From Octopus vulgaris (lineage: Eukaryota), in the NCBI GenBank assembly GCA_951406725.2, contig OX597818.1, positions 65,720,001 through 65,784,000 on the forward strand: DNA of 64,000 nt, written 5' to 3'. Below are positions 1-13,793 of the stretch, one piece after another. Under the pieces are notes generated by a model, which was given only the letters and a program-made list of their open reading frames with translations, ran no database searches and had not been told where the DNA came from. Numbering within the stretch: the stretch's first letter is position 1; each line of letters opens with the position of its first letter. The position numbers were made by a program, and so were the translations under genes.

Positions 1-734
1 GCTGGTCTAGGAAGAGTAAAATATTATTACGTAGATTACTTTTAATAGAAGAAGGAAGATAAGCCAATGAGAAAAGAACGTATAAAACGGTACGCGGAGC
101 TATGGCATCGTTGTCAATTTACACAAACAAATTGCATTCCAATATAATTTAAACTGATAACATTCTTTTTACATATCCGGTTATTGAAATTGCAGTTCCA
201 TTGCTTTAGGTTTTGCTGGTTTGTAATTCGATTAGTGAATTCACATATAACTTATGTAATTGATATTCAAGTTTTATATAAAACCTGACGTTAAAACATA
301 TCATATCACATCAAGAGACAGAATATTGGCATCATTTTTACACAATAAAAATGTATGATAAATTTCCATTGACGCATGAGATGACATAATACGTAACACA
401 GAAACACTGGTCAACATTCGAATGGCATATTAACCTGCATGAAGTGGTTTATAATATTGTAATGAGTAATACACAGCGAATTCTTGAATGTTCTTACCTT
501 AGAGACATAGTTACTTGAGGCAGTGTTGGCACGGTTCAATTTCAAGATACATGTGAAGAAGAGAGTACTGATAATAATAATAAGGAGTTCATATCTGAGA
601 ATCAGAGGTTATATAACATGTGTTAGATCTTCAGAAAATGCTTCATAGTTTTATGTGAAAATTTTCATATTCATGTATAATCACACGACATACATGTATA
701 TATAAACACACACGTATTCACAGGCACACACTCA

Positions 735-1108
<374 letters not shown>

Positions 1109-2003
1109 TGCATACACACACATGCGCACACGCATACATATTTGTATTATATGTGTACAACATTCATAAGCAAATATATTATTATCAGTGTCTTTGATGC
1201 TTTTGGCTATTTGAACGATCATTCGACTGCGATGCGTTGAAGTAAATCCTGGATTCATATCGTCTATGTTTAGTCAAATTCTTCACAAATGGAATAAATA
1301 AAGTGAACAGGAAGGAGTACTTTTAGACAGTCATTTAATAAACATACTCCTTCTTCTTGACTCTATTCAATTTGTATATGTGTATATATATAATATAATA
1401 TACCTAAAAGTTTTTTCTGTGAAAACAGTGTTACATATCCCTTAATAGCTGCAACACACCAGACTACTTAAAAGTTTACCCCGAATTTTTTAATATAATC
1501 ACTTTGGACATCTGTTTTAAGATTTGGAAAGAATTACGAAATATGAGTAAGAGTTATAATCTGGAATGTATGAGGATAAATAAGTACTGTAATCATCTTG
1601 CTACACTCTGATATTGTAAGTATGGATTATTTTTACGGCTTTCAACAGTCATATGATTTGCTGTATTATTATAGACTCGATTGTTTTTAGTTCATGTTCA
1701 ATCAAAGTATACAAAGTATCGCCAATGACTACCTCTGTGCACAAGTCACGCAGACACTTGCTAATGAGGGGCCTTCCCAGACTCATTGTACGAATAACTG
1801 CACTTAGACACATCACGGCAATACACACATTTATACACGCATATGCATAAATATATAACTACACAGACACACACTTCAGTACAAAAGCACACAAACACGC
1901 TCACATATTTATATATAACGAGAAACAGGAATTAATACATTGGCAAAAATATTTATACATACACATTTTTTTATCATATCTGCATATATTTAGGTATATG
2001 TAC

Positions 2004-2037
<34 letters not shown>

Positions 2038-2041
<4 letters not shown>

Positions 2042-2103
2042 GGTAAAGACCCCCTTCGGTCATGAATGACCATGGGATTGCACCTAGAAAGTTATCCTCC
2101 TAG
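2038..2103 (-). mobile_element. Short repeat-end fragment (probably a SINE 3' end) in (TA)n
   Basis: 66-bp complex island with hairpin ggtcat-ga-atgacc between TA tracts. Family assignment is from memory only. Confidence 0.4.
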
Positions 2104-2160
<57 letters not shown>

Positions 2161-2657
2161 TGTGTATAGACATATATTATATATATAATTATATATATAT
2201 ATATATACATATATATGTATGCGCGCTGATATATACAAGTTTTTATATGAATTAGATTGAATCGAATGAAGGGAATTGAACTAGTTTCAGCTCACGAGCT
2301 GTGGCCATGCTGGGGCACCGCCATTTGGTGTTGCTACATAATTTTTACTTCACTAATTCTTTTATACACGTACACAAGTATAAATACATACAAATGTGTC
2401 TATATATACCCTCATACATAAGTAAACTTATATAACTAAACGCCCATGTACGTACACATATAAATATCGATGAATATTTAGAAATATATATATACATACA
2501 CACGCACGCACACACACACACACACATACACACACATATATATATATACACTCGTTTCATTCATACATGTCTTTTGAGTGTTTAGTGTGTGTTTAAATAT
2601 ATGTGTATGTGTGTGTTTGTATTTGCGTATACAGATATATACATACCATACATATAG

Positions 2658-2737
<80 letters not shown>

Positions 2738-3345
2738 ATACACCCATGTATGTTACTATGCATATGCTTCTGTGTGGGCAAATTTATATGCTCACACACC
2801 CCTATATACAGAATTTTATGAGAAGATAAGTGTAAATATCTATGTGATATCCACTATATATGGACATACATATTCATATTTTGTACTTGAGCGTGTGTAT
2901 ATATATTCCTGCAAACGTAAAAAATAACAGCATGGATTTCTCCTACCGCTACGCTTCTATTTTACTACGGTGATATCATTATGTATATAAAAGAATTCAT
3001 ACTGTATCTTTTTTTCATTTGCTTTCTTGCTTATTATTCCAGAAAACTATAAGTTCAACATAATAATGATTTTCTGTCATGAATTCATGAATTCATGCAT
3101 GAATAATATATCTGTATTTTATTTGATATTTTGGTTTTAATAGTTATGTGTGTGTCTGTGTTTGTGTGTGTGTGTGTGTGTTGATATGTGTGCCTGCGCA
3201 TGTGTGTGTGTGTGTGTTCGTGTGTCTATGCGGGTGTATGAATTTATCTACATATATAAATATACAAAAAGATATACATACATATATCTATAAGTATATC
3301 TATGTATCGCCTTCCCCGTCTTACTCATTTCCTACACACACACAC

Positions 3346-3445
<100 letters not shown>

Positions 3446-4028
3446 TATATATTTATATGTATGTAATGTATATATATATATATATATGTATGTATATATA
3501 TAATATACATATATATGTATATTTATGCATGTATATTTACATACGTTGACATATATATATGGAGATAGAGAGAAAGAGAGAAAGAGAGAGATGCATTGTT
3601 GAATATCTTTCAATATATATGTATGCATGTACATAAGAACGTGTAACTATACTTTTGTATATAAAGCGATAACAATAGTGATTCATAATTTCTAAGAAAC
3701 TGTTATAAAAAAGCAGGCGATAAAATGACTAATATAAGCAGTGGTAAAACAGCATGGCTTCATCTCTCTCTTTCCCGCTCTCCATGTGTGTGTCTATGTG
3801 TATGAGTGTGTGCTTTTGGTCATATATATATATATATATGAATATTTATAAGTAGGCAGACAGACATACAGACAGGTAGATAGATAGTCAGACAGAGAGA
3901 GAATTCTGTGCACACGAGCATTTACGGACACACACAAATGTATAGTCACGACGTATATACATCTATGTGCTTACTTTCATATAAGTTCGCATGTATGCAT
4001 ATGTATGTGTGTGCCTGTGCGTGTCTGG

Positions 4029-4067
<39 letters not shown>

Positions 4068-4289
4068 TGAATTCACACACATTTCTGTATGAAAATGAGA
4101 TGACAAAGAAATAAATCATTGTCTTATGAACGATTACATTATGATCAGCTTACAACTGTTTCTGCCATATAATTCCATGAACTCCTTTTTGAGAGCCTGA
4201 ATAACATCTTATAGCTGCAATGAAGAGTTAAATAATACGAAGGGGAATTTGGTTTTATAAAGAATGACATGTGTGCATATATTTCTGAC

Positions 4290-5160
4290 GGTCCTTCATG
4301 GAGCAGAGTTGGATGTTTTGAGGGAAAATATGATCCCTTGCACCTGAAGGTCCCAAACGTAACTCTATCGGGGGGACGAAACTCAAAAGAGAGCTGATGT
4401 GTCAAAATTCCTCCGTCACCACAATTCAATCGCATAAGACTTACTATTGAAATGGTGTTTACCCTGACGGTGCTCCAGACGAAATTTGTTATAGTTTATT
4501 ATTATATCCAAAATTTAAATGAAATACCAGGTGAAGTGTGAGGGATTGTGCCATCGCTGCGCATTGCTGTATACTCGAAAAGAATGGGAAACCATTAAGG
4601 AATGTCATGGATAATAACAATGTAGTTATTAATAAAGCTGATAAATAGTCATGTAGTTATTAGAAATTGGAGCAATATATAAACAGTGTATTTTAGACAT
4701 CAGGTATTATGAGACTATAAAGAATGAACAGAAACTCGTGACCCTCAAAGAGATAACTCAAAAATAGCTAATAGAAAAGTGTCATGATAGTTTTAACGAG
4801 ACGACAAGGCAAAATATGAAAACTCCTATAAGAATAAAGCAGTAAATGAAAAGTAAAGTGGATCAACCACAACCTTTGTCAAGATTCTACATTCCAAAGA
4901 TCGTAACTGAAAGCCATTGTAACAAGCACTTCTTATAAAACTCAAAGACTTTGGTGAGATTCTTCTAACAACAAAACTAAACAATATATTGAGCTGAATA
5001 AGGGAATTCTTAGACCTTCTAAACCACTGCCCGTATTACACTAACACAGATGCTCTTCTTGTCTCACTTGATATGGGAAATTTCTACACTAGCATTCCAA
5101 GCAAATACGCAATAAAAAGCTTACAAGAGAAAATGTTCGAAATCATAAAAATGATGAATC
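4290..5160 (+). pseudogene. Decayed Penelope-like element reverse transcriptase
   Basis: Motif remnants in the expected order: LRNVMDNNNVVINKADK (~4595-4645), FYIPKI (~4885) and ALLVSLDMGNFYTSIP (~5052-5099, RT motif of the LVSLDVxSLYTNIP type). Many stops and frameshifts; boundaries approximate. Confidence 0.75.
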
Positions 5161-5205
<45 letters not shown>

Positions 5206-5221
5206 ATATATATATATATAA

Positions 5222-5664
5222 TTAATATACGATAAATTTTTTTTCGGGAAAAAAATTTTATCAATGGCCAGCATATCAAAAGATGCCTTTAAAGGTAAAA
5301 TTTATACATAATTTACAAGTTAAGTGCAGAAGAAAAATTCTAATCCCAGATATGCCGAAACAAAAAATTGTTGGTCGATAACCATTATAATTTATGCGTT
5401 TCGAAACAAACCGAAATAAATCTCTATTGGTCCAATTTCGGGGTTAATTCATAAGAAATTTTCCCCTCTTCAGCGGCAAATACGCGAGATATAAATGAAA
5501 TACTTACTCATACCCATGGAAAAAGCAAGCACTACGTCCTGAGCAGACTTAAGTACCCCAAATATACCCAAAATAGAAAAATATTTCGAGACGCATAAAT
5601 TATAATGGTTATCAACAATTTTTTGTTTCGGCATATTTGGCATTAGAATTTTTCTTGTAAATTA
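5222..5664. mobile_element. Foldback element in (TA)n with decayed hammerhead (Penelope pLTR-like)
   Basis: Inverted arms ~5309-5406 and 5584-5664. Minus strand reads CTGAAGA (5473-5467) ... CGAAACGCATA. Unique extension on the left side. Confidence 0.7.
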
Positions 5665-5679
5665 TATATATATATGTAT

Positions 5680-6140
5680 ATTATATTAAATTAGAGATAA
5701 AACCACTATTAGGCATATCAAACAGTGAAAATCATAAGCCAATACGTAGAAATAAAATTAATTAAAACATATAAAAAATATAAAATATAAATTTTAAAAT
5801 CCAATTGAAATATTTAAATTAGAGTTAAAGTTAAAAAAAATATTTAAATTAATAAATTAAACTTATAAATTTTATATATATATATATATATATATTATTA
5901 TTTTATTCATTTTATTTATTTGTTTTTTTTAATAAATTCTAAACTATCAAAAAGTATTAAAAGTTTAATATAAGATAATTTTATTTCTATGTATTGGCTT
6001 ATGTACTTTCACTGTTTGATTTAACTAATAGTGGTTTTATCTCTAATTTAATATAATATATATTTATACTATAAAATTAGATTTAATCCTAAATCTAATT
6101 GTTCCCTGTAAGTTTGGATTTACTCCCTAATTTTTTATTA
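5680..6140. mobile_element. Foldback element in (TA)n, same family as the 15.8-16.1 kb hammerhead element
   Basis: Inverted arms 5680-5760 and 5976-6057 plus a right-hand extension. The right arm matches 16009-16077. Confidence 0.75.
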
Positions 6141-6215
6141 TACATATGTATATATATATATATATTATGTGAAATAGAAAGATGAATAATCTTGTTGCAG
6201 ATTAATCAAAAGTTT

Positions 6216-6250
<35 letters not shown>

Positions 6251-6333
6251 CACACATACATACATACATACATATATACATACACACATACATACATATA
6301 TATATATATATATACATACATACTTACATACAT

Positions 6334-6390
<57 letters not shown>

Positions 6391-6391
6391 T

Positions 6392-6660
6392 ATGGTTACG
6401 ACGTCGAGGTTTTCAGTTCGTCCAATCAACAGAACCGTTTGCTCGTGAAATTAACGTCGTTCTCGGGGAGATTCAGCGTGACAGTGTGACAAAATTGGCC
6501 CTTTGAAATACAGAAAGAAATAGTGCACCCCACCTGCTGTAGTCTCGTGAAGCTTCGTGTTTACGGTTAGTAAACACTCACAACACCCGGTCTGGATATA
6601 GAAAACACAATCGTACGACCGCCTGTCCGCTACCCAAATCACTGAGTCATTGCCCCTCAC
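6392..6660 (-). mobile_element. tRNA-derived SINE, family C (decayed)
   Basis: Colinear similarity to 36037-36397 (ctcgtgaaattaacgt, ggccctttgaaatacag, aaacactcacaac). Confidence 0.75.
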
Positions 6661-6689
6661 GTATGTTGTTGTTTTTTGTATTTATATAT

Positions 6690-6965
6690 ATATATTGTTC
6701 TGTTATGCCTTCGAAACATGCCTGACTCCTCTAGCGACAGCTGATGACGGGGGTTTTGTCCTTGTGTAGCTCGTCCTGTATTTGTTTTTCGTTTTCTTGT
6801 TTTTCGTTTTCCGTTTTCTTGTTTTTTGTTTTTTGGTTTTTTCCGTTTCTACGTCTTATTGTGTTGTCCTGTACTCCCGTATAATTATTTATATATGCAT
6901 GTATATATACATGTAGATGTAGGTACGTACATATATGTTTGTATGTATGCATATATTTTTATTTA
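6690..6965 (+). mobile_element. TA-associated repeat, Penelope-end-like; inverted relative at 11650-11795
   Basis: About 110 bp match the reverse complement of 11650-11760. Contains cgaaacatg...ctgatga. Confidence 0.55.
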
Positions 6966-6970
6966 TCTCC

Positions 6971-7014
<44 letters not shown>

Positions 7015-7015
<1 letters not shown>

Positions 7016-7300
7016 TAAAGCCCTGTGAGTGGATTTCCTGCTCTCACACTGACATAAGACTGTCGTAAATGTGTGTAAATTTGTGTGTATGTGGGCGTGC
7101 ACGCGCGTGTTTTTGTCCTCCCACCATCTCCTGACAACCGATGCTTCTCTGTTTACGTCCATTTAAGACAGCGGCTCAGCAATAGTCTCCGATAAACATA
7201 GTACTAGGCTTACAATGAATTAATCGTCGGGTCATTGTGTTCGACTAAAAGTGGTGCTCCTTCATGGACCCACTCACATGACTGAAACAATAAGAAACTA
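7015..7300 (+). mobile_element. SINE family A, 5'-truncated and decayed
   Basis: tgtgagtggattt ... gacaaccgatgct ... gtactaggcttac ... tcgactaaaagtggtgctcc ... tgactgaaacaa match the family A copies. Confidence 0.8.
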
Positions 7301-7899
7301 TATCAGTTTTAATCCCAAGCAGCGCCGGTTATATCAACGAGTTGTTATTAAAACCAAATTCACAGGGCGGGAAAAAAAGCAAATGTTACTAATAAACAAT
7401 GAACCGATTTTCACATCCTTAAAGCGAGTTATGTCTTAAGGGAATCAACCAGCTGAAACGCAGGAAGCTTTTTAGACCAATACAAGCGTCGATAATATTC
7501 GAGAAATATATCCCGTCGCAAGAAAATTACCCGTTCAGAGACTGGACTAGAATTAGTGAAAACAAATTAAGTTTTGACTGAAAAGATCACTAAATGAATG
7601 AAGCCCCCAAGCATTCGGCGAACCAAAAGACTGGCACAATTATGTGTGCTTAGAACGACTGTTGTATTCAGGCAGTTAGCCAACCAAGGGTACTGGACAT
7701 GTAGACAAATACGTGTGGCGTCTTCATGTGTGTAGGCTATTGTAACGTGAATCTTAAAACAAATATATACAAAGCAATAAAGACACGAATTATAGCGCAA
7801 CTCTTACAGCAAGAACCAACGGATAATATTTCTCCTTCATACACCATGAGAGAACAGGTGAAATAATAATCTTCTTACTCTTTAAAATCTTCAACATAT

Positions 7900-8727
7900 C
7901 TACTCCCATACTCCCATACTCCCTTCCTTCAGGTGAAACTCTCGCGGCGTCCAACAACATCAGAGACTTGGGAGTAATTGTGGAAAACAACATAAGCTGG
8001 GCCACTCATATAAACACCAAAGTTGACATGGCCCGCAGAATGTGTTCCTGGATTCTCAGAACTTTCTAGTCGAGAGATATCCACACCATTATCCTTCTCT
8101 TCTCCACTTTTGCCCGACCCCACCTTGAATACTGTTGTCCACTGTGGTCTCCCCACACAATACAAGGTATCATAAAAGTTGAAGCACCTCAAAGGGTAAT
8201 CACAAAAAAGATAGATGGCATGACAGGCCTCGACTATTGGGGTCGACTAGAAAAGCTAAAACTCTATTCTCTCCAACGTCGTCGTGAGCGCTACATCATC
8301 TGCATGATGTGGAAAATATTCCATCAGCATTGCCCAAATGGTGTTGGCATCACCTTTAGGGTACATCCAAGGCTTGGGCCCCGTGCCATCCGACCAAAAC
8401 AAAAATCGCACTCTCATCTCATAACAACAATGCGGCACAATTATTTCACCTCAATTGGCCCCGCTCTCTTTAACATTACACCAAAACACATTAAAACAGA
8501 AATTGACCCTATAGGGTTCAAGAAGTCTTTGGACAGATTCCTTCAAGAAATTCCGGATAAACCCCCTACACCCGGATATGTCTCTGTAAACAATAACTCT
8601 CTACTTGAGTGGGCCATAGTGCCAAAATTCTGACTTGAAAGACTTCACCAGGTGGTGCTATTAAGTTAGACATGGCCTGGGCCAATAATGGCCGAAACCT
8701 ATCAAAGTATCAAAGTATCAAAGTATC
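7900..8727 (+). mobile_element. CR1/L2-group LINE, 5'-truncated 3' end (RT C-terminus, 3' UTR, tail)
   Basis: IRDLGVIV...RPHLEYCCPLWSP...RLEKLKLYSLQRRRER, with one in-frame stop near 8067. ORF ends at 8633. (TATCAAAG)3 tail at 8700-8727. Confidence 0.93.
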
Positions 8728-9155
8728 TAACTGTAAACATTGCATATGTCTTTCAAATCGTTTGAACTTTCAAATTCCTATCATGTATAGTTGACAGGAA
8801 ATTTATTAAACTTTGGATTTTTCATCACTTAATGTTTTTGCAAAAATTATTTAACACATTATTTAATACCTTAAATACATTTGGATGAATTCTGTTCGAC
8901 ACTTCATTTCTTGAACATGTTTCTATGGCTATAAAACATTCTCCACTGCATTCGGTTACGTGAAAAAAATCGCTATATTTTAACGAATTCAAATATATAG
9001 ATATAGAGAATTTTTAAGAGAATTTTTCCACTCCAACACAAATTACTAAACACTCATATATACATACACAAACACACACATATACTCATGTATACATCCA
9101 TCCATACATACATATATACATACAGAAAACAAATATATATATATATATGTGTGTG

Positions 9156-9605
9156 TGTTATTTAGAGATAGTAGTCCCCTTCATCACACCATATAAAATA
9201 TTTTTTAATTTAATACTTACTACCCATTTCTCAGCTACACGTGTTTCTCGGGGCTCTTTTACGGTTCTTTAAGAACGCAGTGCTTTAGGGGAAACTTTCT
9301 TAAAATATAACCCCAATCATCAGGCATCTACATAACTTTATCATAGTTCGATATTAAATACTATATTTTAATTTTAACAGATAAGTATGTGTAAATAGAT
9401 TCGCCAGACGTTACTGTTCAAGCCATAATTTAGTTCAAGTAAAATTAACAAAAATAAAAAATAAATAAGTAGGGAGTATTGAAATAAAATTATTTTATAT
9501 GGTGTGATGAAGGGGACTTCTATCTCTCAATAACATAGACATTTCTTCATTGAGAATAATTTGAACCCCTGCGATGCCGGAATTGTTATTCCGTAATAAA
9601 TAAAA
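9156..9605. mobile_element. Foldback element carrying a hammerhead
   Basis: Inverted arms ~9156-9223 and 9468-9535, a right extension, and (TA)/(TG) flanks. Confidence 0.75.
9234..9325 (-). ncRNA. Type I hammerhead ribozyme (weak stem I)
   Basis: Minus strand: gc-CTGATGA-ttgggg[long loop]ccccga-GAAA-cacgtg-TA-gc. Palindromic stem III ACACGTGT, GUA site, stem I only 2 bp. Confidence 0.7.
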
Positions 9606-9613
9606 TATATATA

Positions 9614-9651
<38 letters not shown>

Positions 9652-9654
<3 letters not shown>

Positions 9655-9862
9655 CACTCTTTTACTCTTTTACTTGTTTCACTCATTTCACTGCGGACAT
9701 ACTAGAGCACCGCCTTCAGTAGAGCAAATACACCCCAGAGTTTATTTTTTGTTAATCTATTACTTATTCTATCGGTCTCTTTTGCTGAACCGGTAAGACA
9801 CAGGGACGTAAACACACCAGCATCGGTTGTCAAGCGATGTTCGGGGGACAAAAAAAGACACA

Positions 9863-9906
<44 letters not shown>

Positions 9907-10069
9907 AAAGTTAAAAAAAATACACAAACTGGGACAAGAACGTGAAACATTTAGAAGACGACAAAAAACATGGACGGGACTTTCGAAGCTCTCAGTCATC
10001 AGTCAAGAACCAGATCATCTTCGCAATTCCGGCTGATTAATCTTGAGATTGCTCCGATCTGAGCAGCCA

Positions 10070-10128
<59 letters not shown>

Positions 10129-10165
10129 AAAGGCTTCTTCCAGTTTCCGTCTACCAAATCCACTC
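9652..10165 (-). mobile_element. SINE family A, interrupted in its central (TA)n by another repeat (~9905-10070)
   Basis: 3' half at 9652-9866; 5' part resumes at ~10131-10165 and is then truncated. Confidence 0.85.
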
Positions 10166-10166
10166 A

Positions 10167-11460
10167 GATGTCGTTGGTCATCCGTAGGCTATAGGACGTT
10201 GAAGTCACCCATGAGGAATATAGTAGTACGTTGATCCAATTGTGATAGTACGTCCTTTATCGCACTGAGGCTTTCCTCAAACATTCCATCATGATTTGTG
10301 GCATCAGGTGGACGATATTTTGTGCATATCACTATATCACGTTGCTTTAGATGTACTATGAGTGTGTCATACACCGAGATCGAGTTCGATAACAAGGTTA
10401 ACGTCGTGATACCTTCGCGGATGTACAATACAAACCAACTGTGAATTCTTTTTTCTTCTGTTCGTACGTAATTTAGTGTATATTGGTATGTGTAACTCTG
10501 AATCATTTATGCTTGCAGACAGATCTGTTTCTGTAAGTGAAATGCATATGGGAAGAATTCATAAACAAAAAAACTAAAGACGAAAACAGGTGGTGTAGAC
10601 ACAAACGGATGCATTAGTTTAACGCTCGGGTAGTGAAAAAGGCTTTAACGTTTGCTAGCTTGCTGGTTAGAGCTTGAACTATTTTAAGCTGAAGATTTTT
10701 ATTTACATAGATATTTTTAAGGTTTAGATTCAAGTTCTGATTTGTTATAAAGTTAATGTCGCCACTTCATTTTGCCTGCAAGGCCAATTATTGTGGCTGC
10801 TTGTCAAGCTGACTGGCTCTTCTTTTTCGCATGTTCTAATCTCATAGTTTTGAAGTGGTCCAGCGTTATGGTTGGATGATTTCTTTGTGAAGGGATATGT
10901 TTACTGACAGTTTTGGCCACTTGCTTTTGCCATGGCCTCGTTGTTGGTTTCCTCCATACTATGATTGTTTCTGTCACATGTTTTTACTATTTCTGCTTTT
11001 TCCTGACAGTCGTCCTTCATGGAGGTTAGTTGCATCATTAAAACATTTACTGGTCTCGTTCAGCTAAAAGTCTATATATTTTCCAGTCTATATTTGACGA
11101 TTAAACATGTACATTGGTTAAAACATGGTGTTTGAGGGCGTACAAAACGGTATTTGCACAGTAGTTTGAAGTTAGGTTTTCGAGTCCTTCAGTTAGTCCA
11201 AACATTCAACTTTTGATTTACGTCTACTGTGATTAGTCGTTTCTTATGAAGAAATTGAGATTTTTCATAATTGTCTGTTGTTATAAAGCATTTATTTGCT
11301 GTCTGTTTTTCTCAATAGACGTTATCTACCCCATTTCTTTTCCTAGTTGTAGATTCTAAATCTATTTGTTTCTCATCATCATTCTGTCCCCCAAATTCCA
11401 GCATGTTTGACTAATGTAATGCCCATTATACCCGCCGCATTTCGGAACACTATCGAATGC
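10167..11460 (-). pseudogene. LINE 5' portion: decayed ORF1-like region plus AP endonuclease
   Basis: APE motifs ISLTET (~10540), VLYIREGI, YRPP and IFLMGDFN (ORF 10189-10506). Cys-rich remnant upstream (~11100-11170). A separate repeat fragment sits at ~10550-10635. The 5' boundary is uncertain. Confidence 0.75.
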
Positions 11461-11609
11461 TAAATGTCATGTGGAAAGAGGTTTTATATATATTAATAAG
11501 TTTCTAACGAAAATTTAAAACTACAAAGTAAACCCTACTGTAATCTTTTCTGCGTGAGAATACTCTGTTTCTGTGTTAGTGTGTGTATAAGAATGTGCGT
11601 GTATGCATG

Positions 11610-11646
<37 letters not shown>

Positions 11647-11799
11647 TAATAAATAAAATATATGCATACATACAAACATATATGTACGTACCGACATCTA
11701 CATGTATATATACATGCATATATAAATATATATATACGTACAGGACATCACAAGAAGACGAAAAAATCAACAGAACGAAAACGGAGAAGACATTTTGTT

Positions 11800-11878
<79 letters not shown>

Positions 11879-13028
11879 CCATTGCAGCATACACGATCTA
11901 CTCTTTAAATATTCCGTACTCATGCGGAGTGTTCGTGCGATCAATCTGTTTGATTATCATGTGAAAAGCATACCACCCTTTTGGCATATTCCTAGATTTT
12001 CTGATGTGCATGTTTTTTTTGGGTTTCTCGTTATTTCTAGGAAAGCAGTGAATTGAATTTGAAGAATTTCAATCTGTATGAAAATACTGAATCATTAATA
12101 TGTTAGGAAAGGATTTACAATAATGAACGGAAAATACACAGAAAAGTAACATAAAAATATATTTGGAAAACAAAATATATTCAAAAAAAGAAATAGAGAG
12201 AAATCGAATTCTACACCATTCTTACTGGAAGCTAGTGTAACAGTACTTATTCGTCTTATATATATGCATATATATATTCTTCTCTGATTTAGAGATTTGC
12301 TTTTGAAGGTAACAGCAAATTTTATGCAAATTCTTAGTTCTCCGGGAAGATATTTAGATAAATGAAAGTTTGGAAAACCTCAGTTCTATATTTAATCTGT
12401 CTTTCAGGAAAGTAATGAAATATTTATACTTCTGGAAAGAAAACCATACAAAATGAAGGCAGCAGCAAGTGTATTTTCTGTGAAATAACCAAAGGAATCT
12501 AGATAAAATATGGTAATCATAGCTTGATAAATGCGAAGAAATATAAAATTATAAAAGAGGGGAGAATGTTTGAGTAGTATTTAGAATAGAACATTCTATA
12601 TTTTTTCTAGTCAACAGCATATGTGAGTACTAATTCGGTATGACAAAATATAACGTACACTTCATGCAAATCTATTTAAACACTAGCTTAACAGTCTTCA
12701 GATGCTAAGCCATGATATGTGGGTGATAGTAAAATTGTGCACTGGGAGAGGACTATAGTCATCTTAGGGACTATTCCAAGAAAGAGCTCTTCACCCGATC
12801 CGTCTTTTTTTAAAACAAGTAACATATTTCGCAGGTATGTTTTACAGGATCGCCATTTTACAACCTACAAATGTTGTCAAATGATGGCAAGGGGTGAACA
12901 CAAACAGAAGCACACAGATACATACACACACACACTCACGCACATGCACAGGCACACGCAAAACTTGGACACACATAGACTAGGACACACACGCAAGCAC
13001 ACACACACGTACACACACATATATACAC

Positions 13029-13104
<76 letters not shown>

Positions 13105-13356
13105 GATTTGGTTTGGCAATTATTTACTTTCTACTTCAGAGATTTCGAGCTTATCGCCTACAAAGGACATAGCCCTACTACAGTTAAATTCCGCCGTTCC
13201 CTTTGTTGTAACATACTCGTAGGAATGTAGAGGTCTTCATGTCTCTCCGTGCATTTTGCCCAACATCTATTGTTAGGAAGTAACAACACAAAAATATCCG
13301 TTAGCATTCAGCAGAACTAAATTATCAACACCAAAAGATAGAGCCAATCACTTATA

Positions 13357-13588
13357 CACTTTACTCTCTTTTATTTGTTTCAGTCATGTGACTGTGGCCA
13401 TGCTGGAGCACCGCCTTTAGTCAAGCAAATCGACCCCAGGACTTATTCTATCGGTCTCTTTTGCCGAAACACTAAGTTACAGGGACGTAAACACACCAGC
13501 ATCGGTTGTCAAGTTATTTTGGAGGAAAAACACAGACACACAAACATATACACACACATACATACATACATGCATACACACACACACG

Positions 13589-13630
<42 letters not shown>

Positions 13631-13793
13631 CGACTGGGTTCTTTCAGTCTCCATCTACAAAATCCACTCACAAGGCTTTGGTTGGCCCGAAGCTATAGTA
13701 GAAAACACCTGTCCAAGTTGCCACGCAGTGGGACTGAACCCGGAACAATGTGGTTCGTAAGCAAGCTACTTACCACACAGCTACTCCTACGCC
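13357..13793 (-). mobile_element. tRNA-derived SINE family A, near full length
   Basis: Head with A box (tagctgtgtggt) and B box (ggttcagtccc), CORE-like cttggacaggtg, central CA/TA microsatellite and AAAGAGT-type tail. Confidence 0.93.

Noticed and set aside
8672-8700. ggcc...ggccgaaac at the LINE 3' end as a hammerhead
   Set aside because: No CUGANGA upstream; better explained as the LINE 3' stem-loop.
13135-13245. Minus-strand atgaaga...cgaaa with internal stems (similar cases at 17350-17412 and 61735-61795)
   Set aside because: Core is mutated and closing stems are missing; too decayed to support.
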